Part shown: in pieces, positions 10,807 through 23,430 of the stretch
Layout: each line of letters opens with the position of its first letter
Position numbering within the stretch: position 1 is the stretch's first letter
DNA from: Blastocladiella emersonii ATCC 22665
Lineage: Eukaryota; Fungi; Blastocladiomycota
Assembly: GCA_025594325.1 (NCBI GenBank)
Contig: JANHCV010000002.1
Span: 1,240,001 to 1,304,000 of the forward strand
DNA length: 64,000 nucleotides
Direction of reading: 5' to 3'
Notes under the pieces: generated by a model
The model's database searches: none
The model's input: only the letters and a program-made list of their open reading frames with translations
What the model was told of the DNA's origin: nothing
Translations under genes and position numbers: made by a program

Positions 10807-11329
10807 GGTGGTGGTAGTGATACTGCTTGATACGTTGCTCGAGGGAGGGAGGGGTATGTGCGCGGATTCGTGGGGTAATAATACTATCGCGCAGCTACTA
10901 CTGCTGTCGAGAGCTTGAGAGGAAGGAAGGAGGTGGAGCAAGCGAGCTATTCCTGCTCGCGGGAGACACGCGCGGCGCACACGCGGGGAGTCCCGCCATT
11001 TCGTGAGCGGGTCGAGGCGATTGAGCGTGTGGCCTCGCCAAACTGGGCGCTTGTTATTCGCGCGTGGCGCGTCCGCGGCGCGGGCTTGTGGACGCGTCGT
11101 TTGCACACGGCAGGTGGCGCGGGCTGCGAGACAAGGCGAGAGACATCACGTGCGGCTGAGAGACGCGTCCGGTCCAGCGATCTGGTACGAGGACAACGAG
11201 GGCCCGATCGATCGGCGAGACACTTCAATATACACAGGGGTATAGGAGAAATCGTCGTGATAAGAAAAATAGACACTCGCGTCACCGCACTGCTGCTCAG
11301 CACTGAGCACACTCTTTCGCCGACCACGC

Positions 11330-12257
11330 TTACATCTTGGGGGCGGCCGACCACACGTACTCCTGGCGGTCGCGGGCGACGCCGAGCTTCTCGAGCCAGT
11401 TGGTGAGCGCCGCGGGCCCGCGGGAGCCGTACGGGTACACCTCGGGGTCGGCCTTACCGGCGTCGATCTCGTGGAGGACGGGCGTGAACAGGGACCACGC
11501 GGCGTCGAGCTCGTCGTCGCGGACAAAGTTGGCCTGGTCGCCGCGCAGCACGTCGAGGAGCAGGGCCTCGTACGCGTCGGGGATGCGCATGCCGTCGTAG
11601 CGGACGCGGTACGACATGTCGAGCTCCGAAATGTGCTGGCGGAACGAGAGTCCGGGCTCCTTGTTCATGAGCTTGAGGTACACGGACTCGTTGGGCTGGA
11701 CGCGGATCACGAGCTCGTTGCGCGACAGCGGCGACGGGAACATGCCGGCGCCGGGCACGTCGCGGAACTGGATGCGCACCTCGGTCTTGGCCTCGTTGAG
11801 GGCCTTGCCGCAGCGCAGGAAGAAGGGCACGCCGTCCCACCGGTCGTTGTTGATGTGCATGACGGCGGCCGCGTACGTCGGGGTCTTGGACCCGGCGGGC
11901 ACCGTCTTGTCGTCGAGGTAGCCGGGCAGCTTGCCGTCCTCGGACTTGCCGTACTGGCCGAGCACCATGTCCGAGAGCTTGAGGGGCGCCATGGACCGGA
12001 GCACCTTGACCTTCTCGTTGCGCACGTCGTCGGCGTCGAGGGTGACGGGCCGCTCCATGGCGACGAGGGTGAGGATCTGGAGCAGGTGGTTCTGCATCAC
12101 GTCGCGGACAATGCCGAACTCGTCAAAGTAGCCGCCGCGGCCCTCGGTGCCGATCTTCTCCTTGAAGGTGATCTGGACGTTGGCAATCGAGTGGCGCGAC
12201 CAGACGGCGTGGAAGAAGACGTTGGCGAAGCGCAGCGAGATGAGGTTCTTGACCATC

Positions 12258-12288
<31 letters not shown>

Positions 12289-13119
12289 GCTCGTGCTCGT
12301 GCCAGCCGGCGGCGAGGGCGCGGCCGAGCTCGCGCGACGAAGCCAGGTCCTTGCCAAAGGGCTTCTCGACAATGACGCGGGTCCAGCCGTGCGGCGCGTA
12401 GTTGAGGCGGCGCAGGTGGTCGGCGACGGGGATGAAGACCGAGGGGGGCAGCGCCATGTAGAACATGCGGTTGTGCGACTGGTCGGGCGCCGCGTTGGCG
12501 CGCTCGTGGTCGAGGATCACCGTCTCAAACGACTTGTAGTCGTCATCCTTGTCGTAGGACCCGGCGTGGTAGTGGCACCGCTGCAGGAACTCGTCAATGA
12601 GCTTGGCGTCGCCCTTGAGGAAGCCGCGCAGGCGGTCGCGGAAGTCCTTGATCTCAATGTGCGAGCGCGCGTAGCCGATGATCTGCGCCGTCTTGGGCAG
12701 GAAATCGTGCTTGTAGAGCGAGAAGAGCGCCGGGTACGTCTTTTTCTTGGCGAGGTCGCCCGACGCGCCGAGGACTAGTCGCAGTGATAGTCGGGTGTGA
12801 GTTCGGAGCGGGAGAAGGCGGGAGGGAGGATCGGCGCAGGTCGGCGCGACTCCCCGAGCAAGCGAGCGCAGAGCGGGCACGTACCGATCACGGTCACATA
12901 CTCGGAGGGCGGGAGCACGGGCGAGGCGGGGGTCGGCGCGCTGTTGCCGACCGTGTTGGCGGCGATGGTGTCGATGGGCGACTTGGACATATCGGGCTTG
13001 GGCTTGGAGGCAGCAGCGGCGGCGGTCGCGGCGGGGGCAGCGGGCTCGGGGTCCGGGTAGTGGAAGGGCGAGGGCTTCGCAGGCGAGGCGGTCGAGTTGC
13101 TATCGATGGGCGGGTACAT
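11330..13119 (-). CDS. ZWF1: glucose-6-phosphate 1-dehydrogenase
   Basis: VIVLGASGDLAKKKTYPALF is formed across intron 12884-12775. Also RIDHYLGKEMV, EKIGTEGRGGYFDEFGIVRDVMQNHLLQ and YERL-like DAYEALLLD. Pro/Ala-rich N-terminal extension. Confidence 0.97.
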
Positions 13120-13749
13120 TGCAGTAGCGGCGGGTTAGATACGTCGAGGATAAGGAGGGGAGGGAGAGCGAGGTTCGAAGAGCGACGCGTTGGCTGTGGT
13201 CGGCTGGTCGCGGTTTTGGGGCGGGCGAGCGCGCGTGTGTGTGGCTGGGGCTCGCGCTGCATCAGCACAGGGCCCGCCGGGCCCGCCGCGAGCGACGCGT
13301 CGGCGGCGACCATGACAAGTCCATGACTTCGTAGTCGGCGTCGGCGCCGGCGTGGCGCGCGCGCAGCGCAGGGATCGAGATGATTCATGGGTGGGTGGGA
13401 GGCGTGTACCACAACGGGTGTTGTTGAGGACAAAGGGCGGGGCAGCGAGGGGGCAGGCGGCGGCTTTGAGGGGGGAGCGAGGAGGGCCGGCGAGGGACCG
13501 GGGGCAGCGAGTCGCGGGCAAAAGGGATCGGATCGCGTTGGCGCAGGGACGGATGATGAGCGCGGGTCCGGCGGGCCGACGCGTCGCTGGTCACGCGGCG
13601 CCGGCGGGACCGCGTTGCCGACGCGTCGTCGTGTTCGCGGCCGCGCGCTGCTGACACAGGCAAGCTGCCAGCCGGGATTCCCGATGGTCGCTTCACCCGC
13701 GACTCGACGGCACACGGCGGCAGTGGAGCGGATACCAAGAGATACGCAC

Positions 13750-14021
13750 CGGCCGAGCATGGACGTGAACCACGTCGCGTACGACGAGCTCACGAACGTA
13801 AAGTCGGTGAACTGGAAGCGGAACCCGCTCGCGAGCCCGGCAGTCGCGCCAACCTGCTCGGCCTTGACGGCGGGCGGCGTGAGCGGGTCCGCCAGCTGCT
13901 TGGCCAGCGCCGACCCGGCACCGCCCGCGTACCGGTGCCGGAACGCGAAGATGCGCGGGATCACTACGGCGCTACCGCTGCTGGGCTCGACTTGCTGTTG
14001 CTGCTGCTGTTGGGAGGCCAT
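13750..14021 (-). CDS. first exon of an unidentified protein (MASQQQQQQQVEPS...IPRIFAFRHRY...FQFTDFTFVSSSYATWF)
   Basis: ATG in ACCATGG context, strongly C/G-ending codons, GTGCGT donor at 13749. Downstream exons could not be resolved. Confidence 0.45.
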
Positions 14022-14224
14022 GGTCCAGGGATGGGTGGAGGAAGGGGGACAGGAGAGAAGAAGACTCGGGGCCAACCAGCGACCTGAACCGCACAGGGAG
14101 ACACGATGCGCCACACTCCGTCGTGCGCGCACTGCTTGAGGACTCATTTCTCCTCGCCCCTTCAAAAGGCACGCCGCGCTCGGCCTCCTCTCCCCCTCGG
14201 TTCAGTGCCCAATCAACTAGACTA

Positions 14225-17200
14225 ATGGATCAACCGTCGGCAACCGAACGCCGCCATCCGCGCATCCGCGCCGCCGCCGCCGCGAGGGCGCGCGCCAAGG
14301 CTGCTGCTGCTGCCGCCGCGGCTGCTGCGACTTCGCCGACCGCCGACCAAGTCACGGACACCCTCGCCGCCGTCCAGCTCGATCATGACGCGGAAGGCGG
14401 CGAGCGCAAGGCGACGCTGCTCGACGTGCTCGACGTCGACCTGCTGCTGAACCACCTGTACTTCTCGTACCTCGACCCCAAGGCTTGGGTGCGGCTGTCG
14501 GCCGCGAGCCAGCGCACGCGTCGCGCCATGGAGAGCATCCCGGCAGACCTGCTGATGCCGCGTGCGTCGACGCGAGCGCGCGCGCTGCACGACGCGGCCG
14601 TCGCGGGCAACGTGGCGCGCGTGCGCGAGCTGCTGCAGTATGTCGACCACGCGGACGTGCGGTTCCACCGCCGCGAGCCCGCGCTGCTCGCCGCCGTCAA
14701 GCACCTGCAGTACGACGTGGTGCGCGCCCTGCTCGCCGCGGGGGCCTCGCCCGTCCGCAACCACACCATTTCGCGCGGGAAACGCGCCAACGCGTACCAC
14801 ACGGCCATCAAGCTCGGCGACGCGCCCATGGTGCGCATCCTGCTCGAAGCGCCCGCTATCAAGAAGCGGCCCAACGTCGCCGTCAACCTCAAGGGCGCCG
14901 CGTGCCCCATGACCGCCCTGCACGCCGCCGTCATGAGCCGGTCCGTCGACGTGGTCGAAGCCCTGCTCGCCGCGGGCGTCCCGCTGCTGCCGACGCTGAC
15001 GCAGGCCGAGGTCGACGCCAACCCGCCGCCGCCGCTGCCGGAGCTCCCCGAGCGCCCTCCGCCGGCGCCCGTCGATTCCAGCCACCCGTTCCGCACCGCG
15101 CGCGCCGTGCTCAACGCCAAGGCCAAGCGCGCCAAGCGCGAGCGCCGCGCCCCGGATCTGCCGGCGACGCGCGAGTCGGAGGCCGCGCTGCTGCTGGGCC
15201 TCGCCTCGCTGTGCCGCAGCACGACCATGGTCAAGTGGCTGTTCGCGCAGGGCGTGCCGACCGCGGGCCACCCGCGCACCTCGACCTTCCACGGCCTGCT
15301 CGAGGGTCGCGCGGCGCTCATGATTGCCGTCGGCCACGACAACCTGCCCATGTGCAAGCTGCTCGTCGAGGGCGGTGTGCCGCTCAACCCGACGCCCGAC
15401 GCGACCGCGACGTCGGGCCGTTCGGGCATGCGGCCCATCGACCTCGCCCTCGACCCAGCACACGGACGTGCTCAAGTACCTCCTCGACGCGCACACGGCG
15501 CAGAACTGTGTCGCCGGGCACATCTGCGGCTGGGACTCGACGCTCAAGCCGGGCGACGAGCGCGAGGCCAAGTCGTTCCTCCAGTGCGCCACGCTGCGCG
15601 GGTACATGGAGGTCATCAAGACGCTGCTCGACTACGGCGCCCAGGTGTCCACGCCCGCGAACCCGTGGATCGAGCCCACCGGCCCCGCGAACCCCGCTGC
15701 CCTCGAGCGGATCCCGGGCGTCGACGACGTCGGCGACGGGGGCTACGTGCTGACCTGCTTCGCGCTGCGGTCGCAGCACGTGGCGATCGTCGACCTGCTG
15801 CGCGGCCGCGGGCACGCGATCCAGTGGAACGCGGCCGAGCACCAGCGGCAGCACGCCGAGGCGCGCGCGGCCGCCAGCACCGACGACGACCCGCTGGCGC
15901 CGCTCCCGCTCCTCGCGCCCGTGTACCCGGCGATGCCCCTGTACGGCAAGACGCCGCTGCATTTCGTCCTGTCGTGGTCGCCCGACAAGTGGGTCCCGCT
16001 CGCCGACCGCATGCTCGACGAGGGCGCGCTCGTCAACGTTGCCGACCACAACGGCCAGACGCCGCTCGATCTTGCGCTCGCTGCCGTCGGCGTCGGCATC
16101 GACCACCCGGTCGTCAAGCGGCTCATGGCCCACGGCGTCTACGCGTCCCACGACACGTACGTCGTGCTCCTGCACCACGCGATTGCGACGGACGACGAGG
16201 GGCTCCTCGCCATGGTTCTCCGCGCGGAACCGGCCAACGGGACGCGCGCGGGGCCTAGGGACCTCTCGCCCGCCGAGATCGGGGCCACGCATCCGCCGCG
16301 CGAGATGCTCCAGAAGACGCAGCGCCGGCCGGCCATCGACTGCGACCTCATGGTACTCTTTCTTGCTCTCGATTCGCCCGAGAATCGTGTCTCACCTCCC
16401 CCTGCGCGCGGCTAGGACGTCTCGCCGACCCTCATCAGCCAGTTCCCGGCCATCATCAAGCCGCTCGACCCCAAGTCGGAGCACACGCACGAGTCGCCGA
16501 AGCGCAACGACCACGGCCGGCTTGACCTCGCCGACTCGCGCGTGAGCTGCGTCATCACGCCGCTGATGCGCGCTCTGTTCCTGCGCCGGTCGGGGATGGT
16601 CTGCAAGCTGCTCGACGCCGGCGCGAACCCGAACCTGGGCGCCGTCGGCGAGCGCGCCGTCAGCGCCTTCTGCCCGCCGCCGGGCATCGCCATCTCGCGG
16701 TCGCCGCTCGTCCAGGCCATCGCCATGGCCGACCGCGATATGGTCGACCTGCTCCTCGCCCACGGCGCGAGTTTGCGCGTCGGCGAGCACACGGTCACCA
16801 AGTGCGCCAACGCACGGCCCGGCGACCGGCCTAACCACAAGGACCCGGCGCGCCGCAAGCAGACGCGCGGCAGCGGCGGGAACGCGGAGAACGCGGCGTG
16901 GTGGTCACCCGGGACCGACGCCGGGTGCCGCATCACCGCCGTCAAGTTCGCCCGCGGCCTGCTCACGTTCGTCGCCCAGCGCGAGCAGAAGAAGGCGCAG
17001 AACTTGGCCAAGAAGTCGGACGTGGCCGAGGACGCGGACAAGGCTGACGGCGACGCGGACCAGGCGGCAGCTGACGAGCCCGTGGCCGCGGCGGCGCCGT
17101 TGTCGACGACCCCATCACCAGTCGCTGCCGTCTCGCCACCCGTCGCGCCCGCAGCGCCGACGTCGTTCGACTTTGGCAGCTCCGACACCCCGTCCTTCGG

Positions 17201-17888
17201 CTTCCCCGCGCCCACCGTGCCCTTCGCCTTCCCGTCCGCCACCACGACGCCCGCGGGCACCTCCATGTTCACGCTGCGCGACCGCGCGCCCGCCGCCATC
17301 GACGACGAGCCGCACGGCGACTTAGCCGGCTTCTCGATCCGGGAGCTCATCAACGCCGACCGGTCCCTGACCTCGGCCCAACTGCGCCCGATCGTCGAGC
17401 ACCTCGTCGCCCTCGACGCGCCGTACACGTGGCTGCGCGTCCCGTGCGAGCGCGCGTGCCCGCTCGCGCGCCGGTTCGTGGGCGTCCGCGGGAAGGAGTA
17501 CGACGAGAGCGCACGGTGCCTCGACTGCGAGATCCCGCGCGCCGGAGGCGCGCAGGGGGGCGCGGGGGCGAGTCCCCTTGGCGCGCGGGCGAAGCGCGGT
17601 GGGGCGGCAGCGCGGCCGGCGACGGCGGCGGGGTTCGCGTTTGGGTCCGCGCCGTCAACGACGTCGGCGACCAAGGCCGAGGACACGGGTGCGACTGCAG
17701 CTGCCTCGCCGGCGCCAGCATCCGCCTTCTCGTTCGGCGCACCGAGCGCGAGCACCGCGGCGCCGGCCACGTCGTTCGCCTTCACGTTCGGCGCGCCCGC
17801 TACGTCGGGATCACCGTCGGCGAGCCCGTTCGCGTTCACGTTCGGCTCGCCCGCTGCACCGGCGACCACCAAGAAAGATGAGCAGTGA
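14225..17888 (+). CDS. F-box-like + ankyrin-repeat protein with C-terminal FxFG repeats and a Cys4 finger (apparent +1 frameshift at ~15455)
   Basis: F-box-like LLDVLDVDLLLNHLYFSYLDPKAWVRLSAASQR. Many ankyrin repeats (ALHDAAVAGN, ALHAAVMSRS, GKTPLHFV, GQTPLDLAL). Intron 16353-16415. Tail has SFDFG, GFAFG, FSFG, FTFG x2. The frame switches inside the repeat PIDLALD/QHTDVLKYLL. Confidence 0.75.
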
Positions 17889-18157
17889 GGGTGCCAAGCG
17901 TAGCTGATAAAAATACACGTTCCTCCGACTGCTTAGCCCACGGACTGGCCCACGGGCGCGTCGTATCGCGCGGTGAGTCAACGACGAGAGACCGAGTGTG
18001 TGAGACGCTAGTAGATATATATATACGAGAGCGAGCCGTGAGCCGAAGCGGACCCTCGCGACGAGGGCGTTCGGGCACGCACGACGCGCACGGAGAGTAG
18101 ACACACGCGAGAGAGATGAGAGGGGACAGATACAGCAGAGCAACCGTGCAAGGAAGC

Positions 18158-19160
18158 TTACCAACCGCGCTGGGCAAACTTCTGGTTGTCGAGGAGCGAG
18201 TCGCAGTTGATGCCGACCATGGCCTCGCCGAGGTCCTCGGAGACGGTGGCGAGGACGCCCGCGTCCTGGTAGTGGGTGACGGCCTGGACAATGGCCTTGG
18301 CGCGCTTGATCGGGTCGCCCGACTTGAAGATGCCCGAGCCGACGAAGACGCCGTCCATGCCGAGCTGCATCATGAGGGCCGCGTCGGCGGGGGTGGCCAC
18401 ACCGCCGGCAGCAAAGTTGACGACGGGGAGGCGGCCGAGCGCGGCCGTCTGGCGCACGAGCTCGTAGGGGGCGCCGATCTCCTTGGCGTAGTTGTACATC
18501 TCGTCCTTGGACATGGACTTGAGCTTGCGGATCTCCGACAGCATCGTGCGGCCGTGGCGCACGGCCTGGACCACGTCGCCGGTGCCCGCCTCGCCCTTGG
18601 TGCGGATCATGGCGGCACCCTCGTTGATGCGGCGCAGGGCCTCGCCGAGGTTGCGCGCACCGCACACGTAGGGCACCTTGAAGCCGTGCTTGTCGATGTG
18701 GTACGTCTCGTCGGCGGGCGTCAGGACCTCGGACTCGTCAATGAAGTCGACCTTGAGGTGCTCGAGGATCTGCGCCTCGACAAAGTGGCCGATGCGGACC
18801 TTGGCCATGACGGGGATGGTGACGGCGGCCTGGATCTCGCGGATCATCTTGGGGTCCGACATGCGGGCGACGCCGCCTAGACGTCACGGAGGGGAAGCGG
18901 GTGAGTTGCTGCTCGTTGAGCGGTCCGGGGGGCAAAGCGCACGAACCGTCCTTGCGGATGTCGGCGGGGACGCGCTCGAGGGCCATGACGGCGACGGCGC
19001 CGGCCTCCTCGGCGATGCGGGCCTGCTCGACGTTGACGACGTCCATGATCACGCCGCCCTTGAGGTTCTGGGCGAGGCCGGCCTTGAGCACAAACTGCTC
19101 GTGGACCTTCTGGTAGTCGGCGTCGCCGTTGGCGGTGAGGTTGGCAGCGGAGAAGGACAT
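18158..19160 (-). CDS. SNZ1: pyridoxal 5'-phosphate synthase subunit PDX1/SNZ
   Basis: [35 protein letters not shown] across intron 18946-18877, [32 protein letters not shown]. Confidence 0.97.
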
Positions 19161-19221
19161 GGCGAGATCTGAGGGCGAGGTTGTCGGAGCGAGAGGGGCG
19201 GGTTAAGGGGGAGCCCGGCTG

Positions 19222-19229
19222 TATTTATA
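19222..19229 (-). promoter_or_regulatory. TATA box of PDX1
   Basis: TATAAATA on the minus strand, about 60 nt upstream of the ATG. Confidence 0.65.
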
Positions 19230-20295
19230 CGGGGGAGACCTGCTGGCCGTGCTGACCGACACGTCGCGCCCCGCGGCCTCGCAGGATCAAGTCGTCGCGC
19301 AATCGGGCGCCCGGGACTTCCCGTGACTCGCCCCGGCCGAGCCCGCGCGCCCGCGGCTTGCGCTCGCGTCACGCCGTGGCGCACGCAAGCGCGCTCGTTC
19401 GCGGTCCTCTGCCGCCGAGCCGAGTCGCCACGTGCGGGGTTGACTCGACGCGATGCCGATGCGACCCGCGTCCATCTCGGCCGTGACCACGCTCGCTTTC
19501 TCTCGCGCGAGGGCCCTCACGTCGCCGTGCGCGATCACTGCCGGGCCGGCTCGGGTCGGAGAGCTGCTCCAGCGGCGCACCACCGATCCGGCCATCCTCG
19601 TCGATGAGTCTGGCCCTTGACTGGCGCGTCCTCGACGACAAAGGTCCGTTGAGCTCCCGCAACATCGCGTGGGACGCTGGTGCCGAGAGCAGGCGCGAGA
19701 CAAAAAAGGGGAGACAGCGGCGCACGTGGCTCGGCCACCGGGTCACGCGATGCTCGACGCACCAGCGATTTTCACTTTCCGCGCTGCCGCTGCGAGCGGT
19801 CGGCCGGCGGCCGGGCTGGGCTGGCTGGCGCAGGCGGCGGGCGAGCAGGCACCGTGCGTGCCGTCCAAAGCGCCCAGTCTGAAGGGGACTTGCTTGGCCT
19901 CCCCACGCCTTCTCGTATGTAACTCTTGATGCAATGGACTCGGATGCGGACGGTGGCGGGGAAGAGCGGGGGAGCAAAATTTGGCGGCAGCGCGGGGTGG
20001 CGCTGCTGCACCTTGTCGCAGCAGGCGGCCGAGATTACGACGTGGGCCGGCCGCTCGCCAACTCGATGCCGATGCACCAACTCGGGATGGTCGTCGCCCA
20101 ATTTCTCGCCGGCGAGACCACGGGCGCGGGTTCCATCGCCATCTCGCCGCTCGCCCGCCCATCGTCCGCCCCCGAGATCGTCGCGGCCGTGAGTCGCTCG
20201 GCGCAGTACGACTGACCGCACGCACTCCCGCAGTCCCACCCCCTTCTTCTCTAGCATTCCCACTCCACCCCGGCAACCCGACGCCTTCGCCCACG

Positions 20296-21474
20296 ATGCG
20301 CCAGACGTCGATTGCCCGCGAGTACGCGGACGTGAACCCGACCATGCCGCAGAGCTACTGGGACTACGACAACCTCGTGGTCGAGTGGGGGCTGCCCGAC
20401 AAGTACGAGATTGTGCGCAAGGTGGGCCGCGGCAAGTACTCTGAGGTGTTTGAGGGCATCAACATCAAGAACGGCGAAAAGTGCGTCATCAAGGTGCTCA
20501 AGCCCGTCAAGAAGAAGAAGATCAAGCGCGAGATCAAGATCCTGCAGAACCTGTCGGGCGGCACCAACGTGATCCAGCTGCTCGACGTGGTGCGCGACCC
20601 GCAGTCCAAGACCCCGGCCCTCATCTTCGAGCACGTCGACAACCTCGACTTCAAGGTCCTGTACCCGAACCTGTCCGAGTACGACATCCGCTACTACATC
20701 TACGAGCTGCTCAAGGCCCTCGACTTCTGCCACTCCAAGGGCATCATGCACCGCGACGTCAAGCCGCACAACGTCATGATCGACCACGCCAACCGCAAGC
20801 TGCGCCTCATCGACTGGGGGCTCGCCGAGTTCTACCACCCGGGCACCCAGTACAACGTGCGCGTCGCGTCGCGCTACTTCAAGGGCCCCGAGCTGCTCGT
20901 CGACCTGCAGGACTACGATTACTCGCTCGATATGTGGTCGCTCGGGTGCATGTTCGCGTCCATGATCTTCCGCAAGGAGCCCTTCTTCCACGGGTCCGAC
21001 AACTACGACCAGCTCGTGCGCATTGCCCGCGTCCTCGGCACCGACGCCCTCGACGAGTACCTCAACAAGTACGAGATCGAGCTCGATGAGCACTTTGACT
21101 CGATCCTCGGTCGGTTCCCGCGCAAGCCCTGGATCAAGTTCATCACCAACGAGAACAAGCACCTCGTCACCCCCGAGGCCATCGACTTCCTCGACCGCCT
21201 CCTCCGCTACGACCACCAGGAGCGCCTCACCCCGACCGAGGCCATGCTCCACCCGTACTTTGACGAGGTGCGGCGAAACGACCTCGCCGCCAAGGCCGCC
21301 GCCGACGCTGGTGGGTCCGCTGCCCCCACGCCCTCGGGCCCCGGCTCCGCTACCCCAACCTCGGCCGACCCCGCCGCCGACGGCGCCCTCGCCTTCGACG
21401 ACGACGAGGACGAGGACGAGGAGGCCAACGCGGCAGAAGGCGCCGCGGCCATGTCCGAGGACGCGGCCATCTGA
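20296..21474 (+). CDS. CKA1: casein kinase II catalytic alpha subunit
   Basis: AREYADVN...[62 protein letters not shown]. Intronless, with an acidic tail. Confidence 0.97.
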   Translation: MRQTSIAREYADVNPTMPQSYWDYDNLVVEWGLPDKYEIVRKVGRGKYSEVFEGINIKNGEKCVIKVLKPVKKKKIKREIKILQNLSGGTNVIQLLDVVRDPQSKTPALIFEHVDNLDFKVLYPNLSEYDIRYYIYELLKALDFCHSKGIMHRDVKPHNVMIDHANRKLRLIDWGLAEFYHPGTQYNVRVASRYFKGPELLVDLQDYDYSLDMWSLGCMFASMIFRKEPFFHGSDNYDQLVRIARVLGTDALDEYLNKYEIELDEHFDSILGRFPRKPWIKFITNENKHLVTPEAIDFLDRLLRYDHQERLTPTEAMLHPYFDEVRRNDLAAKAAADAGGSAAPTPSGPGSATPTSADPAADGALAFDDDEDEDEEANAAEGAAAMSEDAAI

Positions 21475-21599
21475 TTTGTCTCTACCTACCTACTGTGTGC
21501 TCTCCCCTCTCCCAGTTCCGTCTGTCCCTGCTCTCCCTCCTCTCCCCCTATTTGCAACCACCAACGCCAACTTATGTAATTTTCTCTTAATCACGCCAC

Positions 21600-22031
21600 T
21601 CACCAGTCGAGCTCCATGCCATCCGCACCCGCCTGCTTCTTCTTCGACTGCTGCTGCTTGTCCACGGCCGCCTGGACCGCGGCCTGAGCTGCCGCCGACG
21701 CGGTCACGACGCGCAGCCCCTGCGGGTTGCCCTTGCGCAGCGCCACCTCGCGCCGCTTGCGGTCGAACGTCCGCCGCCCCGACAGCAGGTCGATGTAGTC
21801 GGGCCGCGCAATGTCGATCTCGAACTTGCCGAGCTTCTTCTTGGGCGCTGCCGCCGCGGCGGCCGAGGTGGGCTTCTTGCCCGCGCTTGTTGGCGCAGTG
21901 GACGAAGCCTTGGTGATGGTCTTGTTCGCCGTCTTGCTGAGCGATGAGGAGGAGGCGGTCGCGGCAGCGGTCGCGGCGATCTCGCGCTGCTTGCGCGACG
22001 GGCGCTTGACGAATTTGGCGGAGCGGCCCAT
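21600..22031 (-). CDS. small basic conserved-looking protein (143 aa), possibly nucleolar
   Basis: MGRSAKFVKR N-terminus, RPDYIDLLSGRR motif, Lys-rich C-terminus, coding-like codon usage. Function not recognised. Confidence 0.65.
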   Translation of the reverse strand: MGRSAKFVKRPSRKQREIAATAAATASSSSLSKTANKTITKASSTAPTSAGKKPTSAAAAAAPKKKLGKFEIDIARPDYIDLLSGRRTFDRKRREVALRKGNPQGLRVVTASAAAQAAVQAAVDKQQQSKKKQAGADGMELDW

Positions 22032-22345
22032 GGTTGATGCGTTGCAGGGAGCGGGGTGGTCGGGTTGATCCGTGGGTGTGATGGGGGAGGGAGCGGTGAG
22101 GCAGGGAGGAGGAGCAACGAGGAAAGGTCGAGGTCGAATCAGCTGATGCTTCGCAGCGTGTGAGACAAGAGTGTCTCGCGCTTGCTCTCCCTCTCTCTCG
22201 GGACCAAGGCCGTACACATGCCAATCGAATGTATACTCAGCGCAACGCTGTTTTCATGCAACAACACACGACCTCCGCGCTTCGGCAACCGCCGTCCGCT
22301 CCTCTCCGCGAGACCCGACCCCCGAGACCCCGCCGCCAGCGCGAA

Positions 22346-22554
22346 CCGCGACCCCGCGCACGCGTCCGAAGGCACCGCCGACACACCCACTCCCACCCAC
22401 GCTTCCGTCCCGCGGTGCCCGTCTCCCTCGCCCGGGTTATCAGGGCGGCGTGCGCGCATAGCGAGCGAGGGAGACGAGCACGCGTTGAGGACGCCGGTGT
22501 GGGATGCTGGGAGTACGCGGCGGAGGCGGTGCCGACGCGTGCGCGCGATCACGG
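22346..22554 (-). ncRNA. candidate structured RNA hairpin, copy 1
   Basis: Imperfect inverted repeat with ~85-90-nt arms. Perfect inner 11-bp stem 22421-22431/22465-22475. Conserved core 22431-22463. Confidence 0.5.
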
Positions 22555-23430
22555 ACCGGGACTGGTGGAGGGTTCCGGTGACGGGCCGAGAGTGTGACGG
22601 CGGGCGACTTGACGTAGAACTCGGCTGCGAGCAGCCTTGAACTTCTTGTCGCCACCCGATCGGTCAGCGAGCTGCACACGGTCGGTTGCGCGTGTCGAGA
22701 CCGCTCCCGAGTGGGTGAGGTCCACGATGACGTTCAGAGGCAAGAGGTAGGCCGTGGGGTGCTGCGGTGTGGAACATTTCGTGGACTGAGTGTAATTGCT
22801 CCATGCCGCTGTCGAGCTCGAGTTTGAAAGTGTCGCAGTCGTTATCTCACGCAAAAACACCCGGATTACGCGGTAGACCTCGACGGATACCAGCCATCGA
22901 ACGTTCGCGTGATCGTGATGCGCGGTGGAGCTTGGCGGGCACCATACGGTCCAGCTTCATGCACCCGCTGGTCGACAATCGAGCGCGACGGTTGAAGGAC
23001 ATAGAACTTGTTCTTGGATCTGTTGAGCACGAGGCGCCGACGATCCTGCGCGCCTGACGCCTCAGGCACTCGGCCTCGCCCGTCCCGAACACCCGCATCG
23101 CGTTATCTTGGGCTGGTCGATGCGCGAGTGCCGGGAGTTGGTGCGCTACTTGTCGGCGAACTTGGACCCTTGGAGCTGGACAGGGAGCGAGGAAGGATGC
23201 GGCGTGCTGGGACCTTTTGACTCCACAAGCGCGCGCGCAGTTCGCGGAGCGACCACCATCAGCCCCCCTGCCACCATACTGGCCGAGTCCGCCTGCAGCT
23301 CTCCCTACCCCACTCAAACTCCATGCATCCGGACGCGAATCGAATGTATACTCTATGCAACGCTTCTGAGGTACCGTCGCCTCGCTTCCGCGCCCGCAAT
23401 TTTCACTTGAGAGACCCAACCGTCAAGACG

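Noticed and set aside
19160-20296. Expected divergent PDX2/SNO partner or riboswitch next to PDX1
   Set aside because: The divergent neighbour is CK2-alpha, and no glutaminase or TPP-aptamer motifs were seen.
22990-23030. LNRSKNKFYVLQ resembling a PARP WGR-domain motif
   Set aside because: It is short, sits in a broken frame, has no WGR motif downstream and is not conserved in the other two units.
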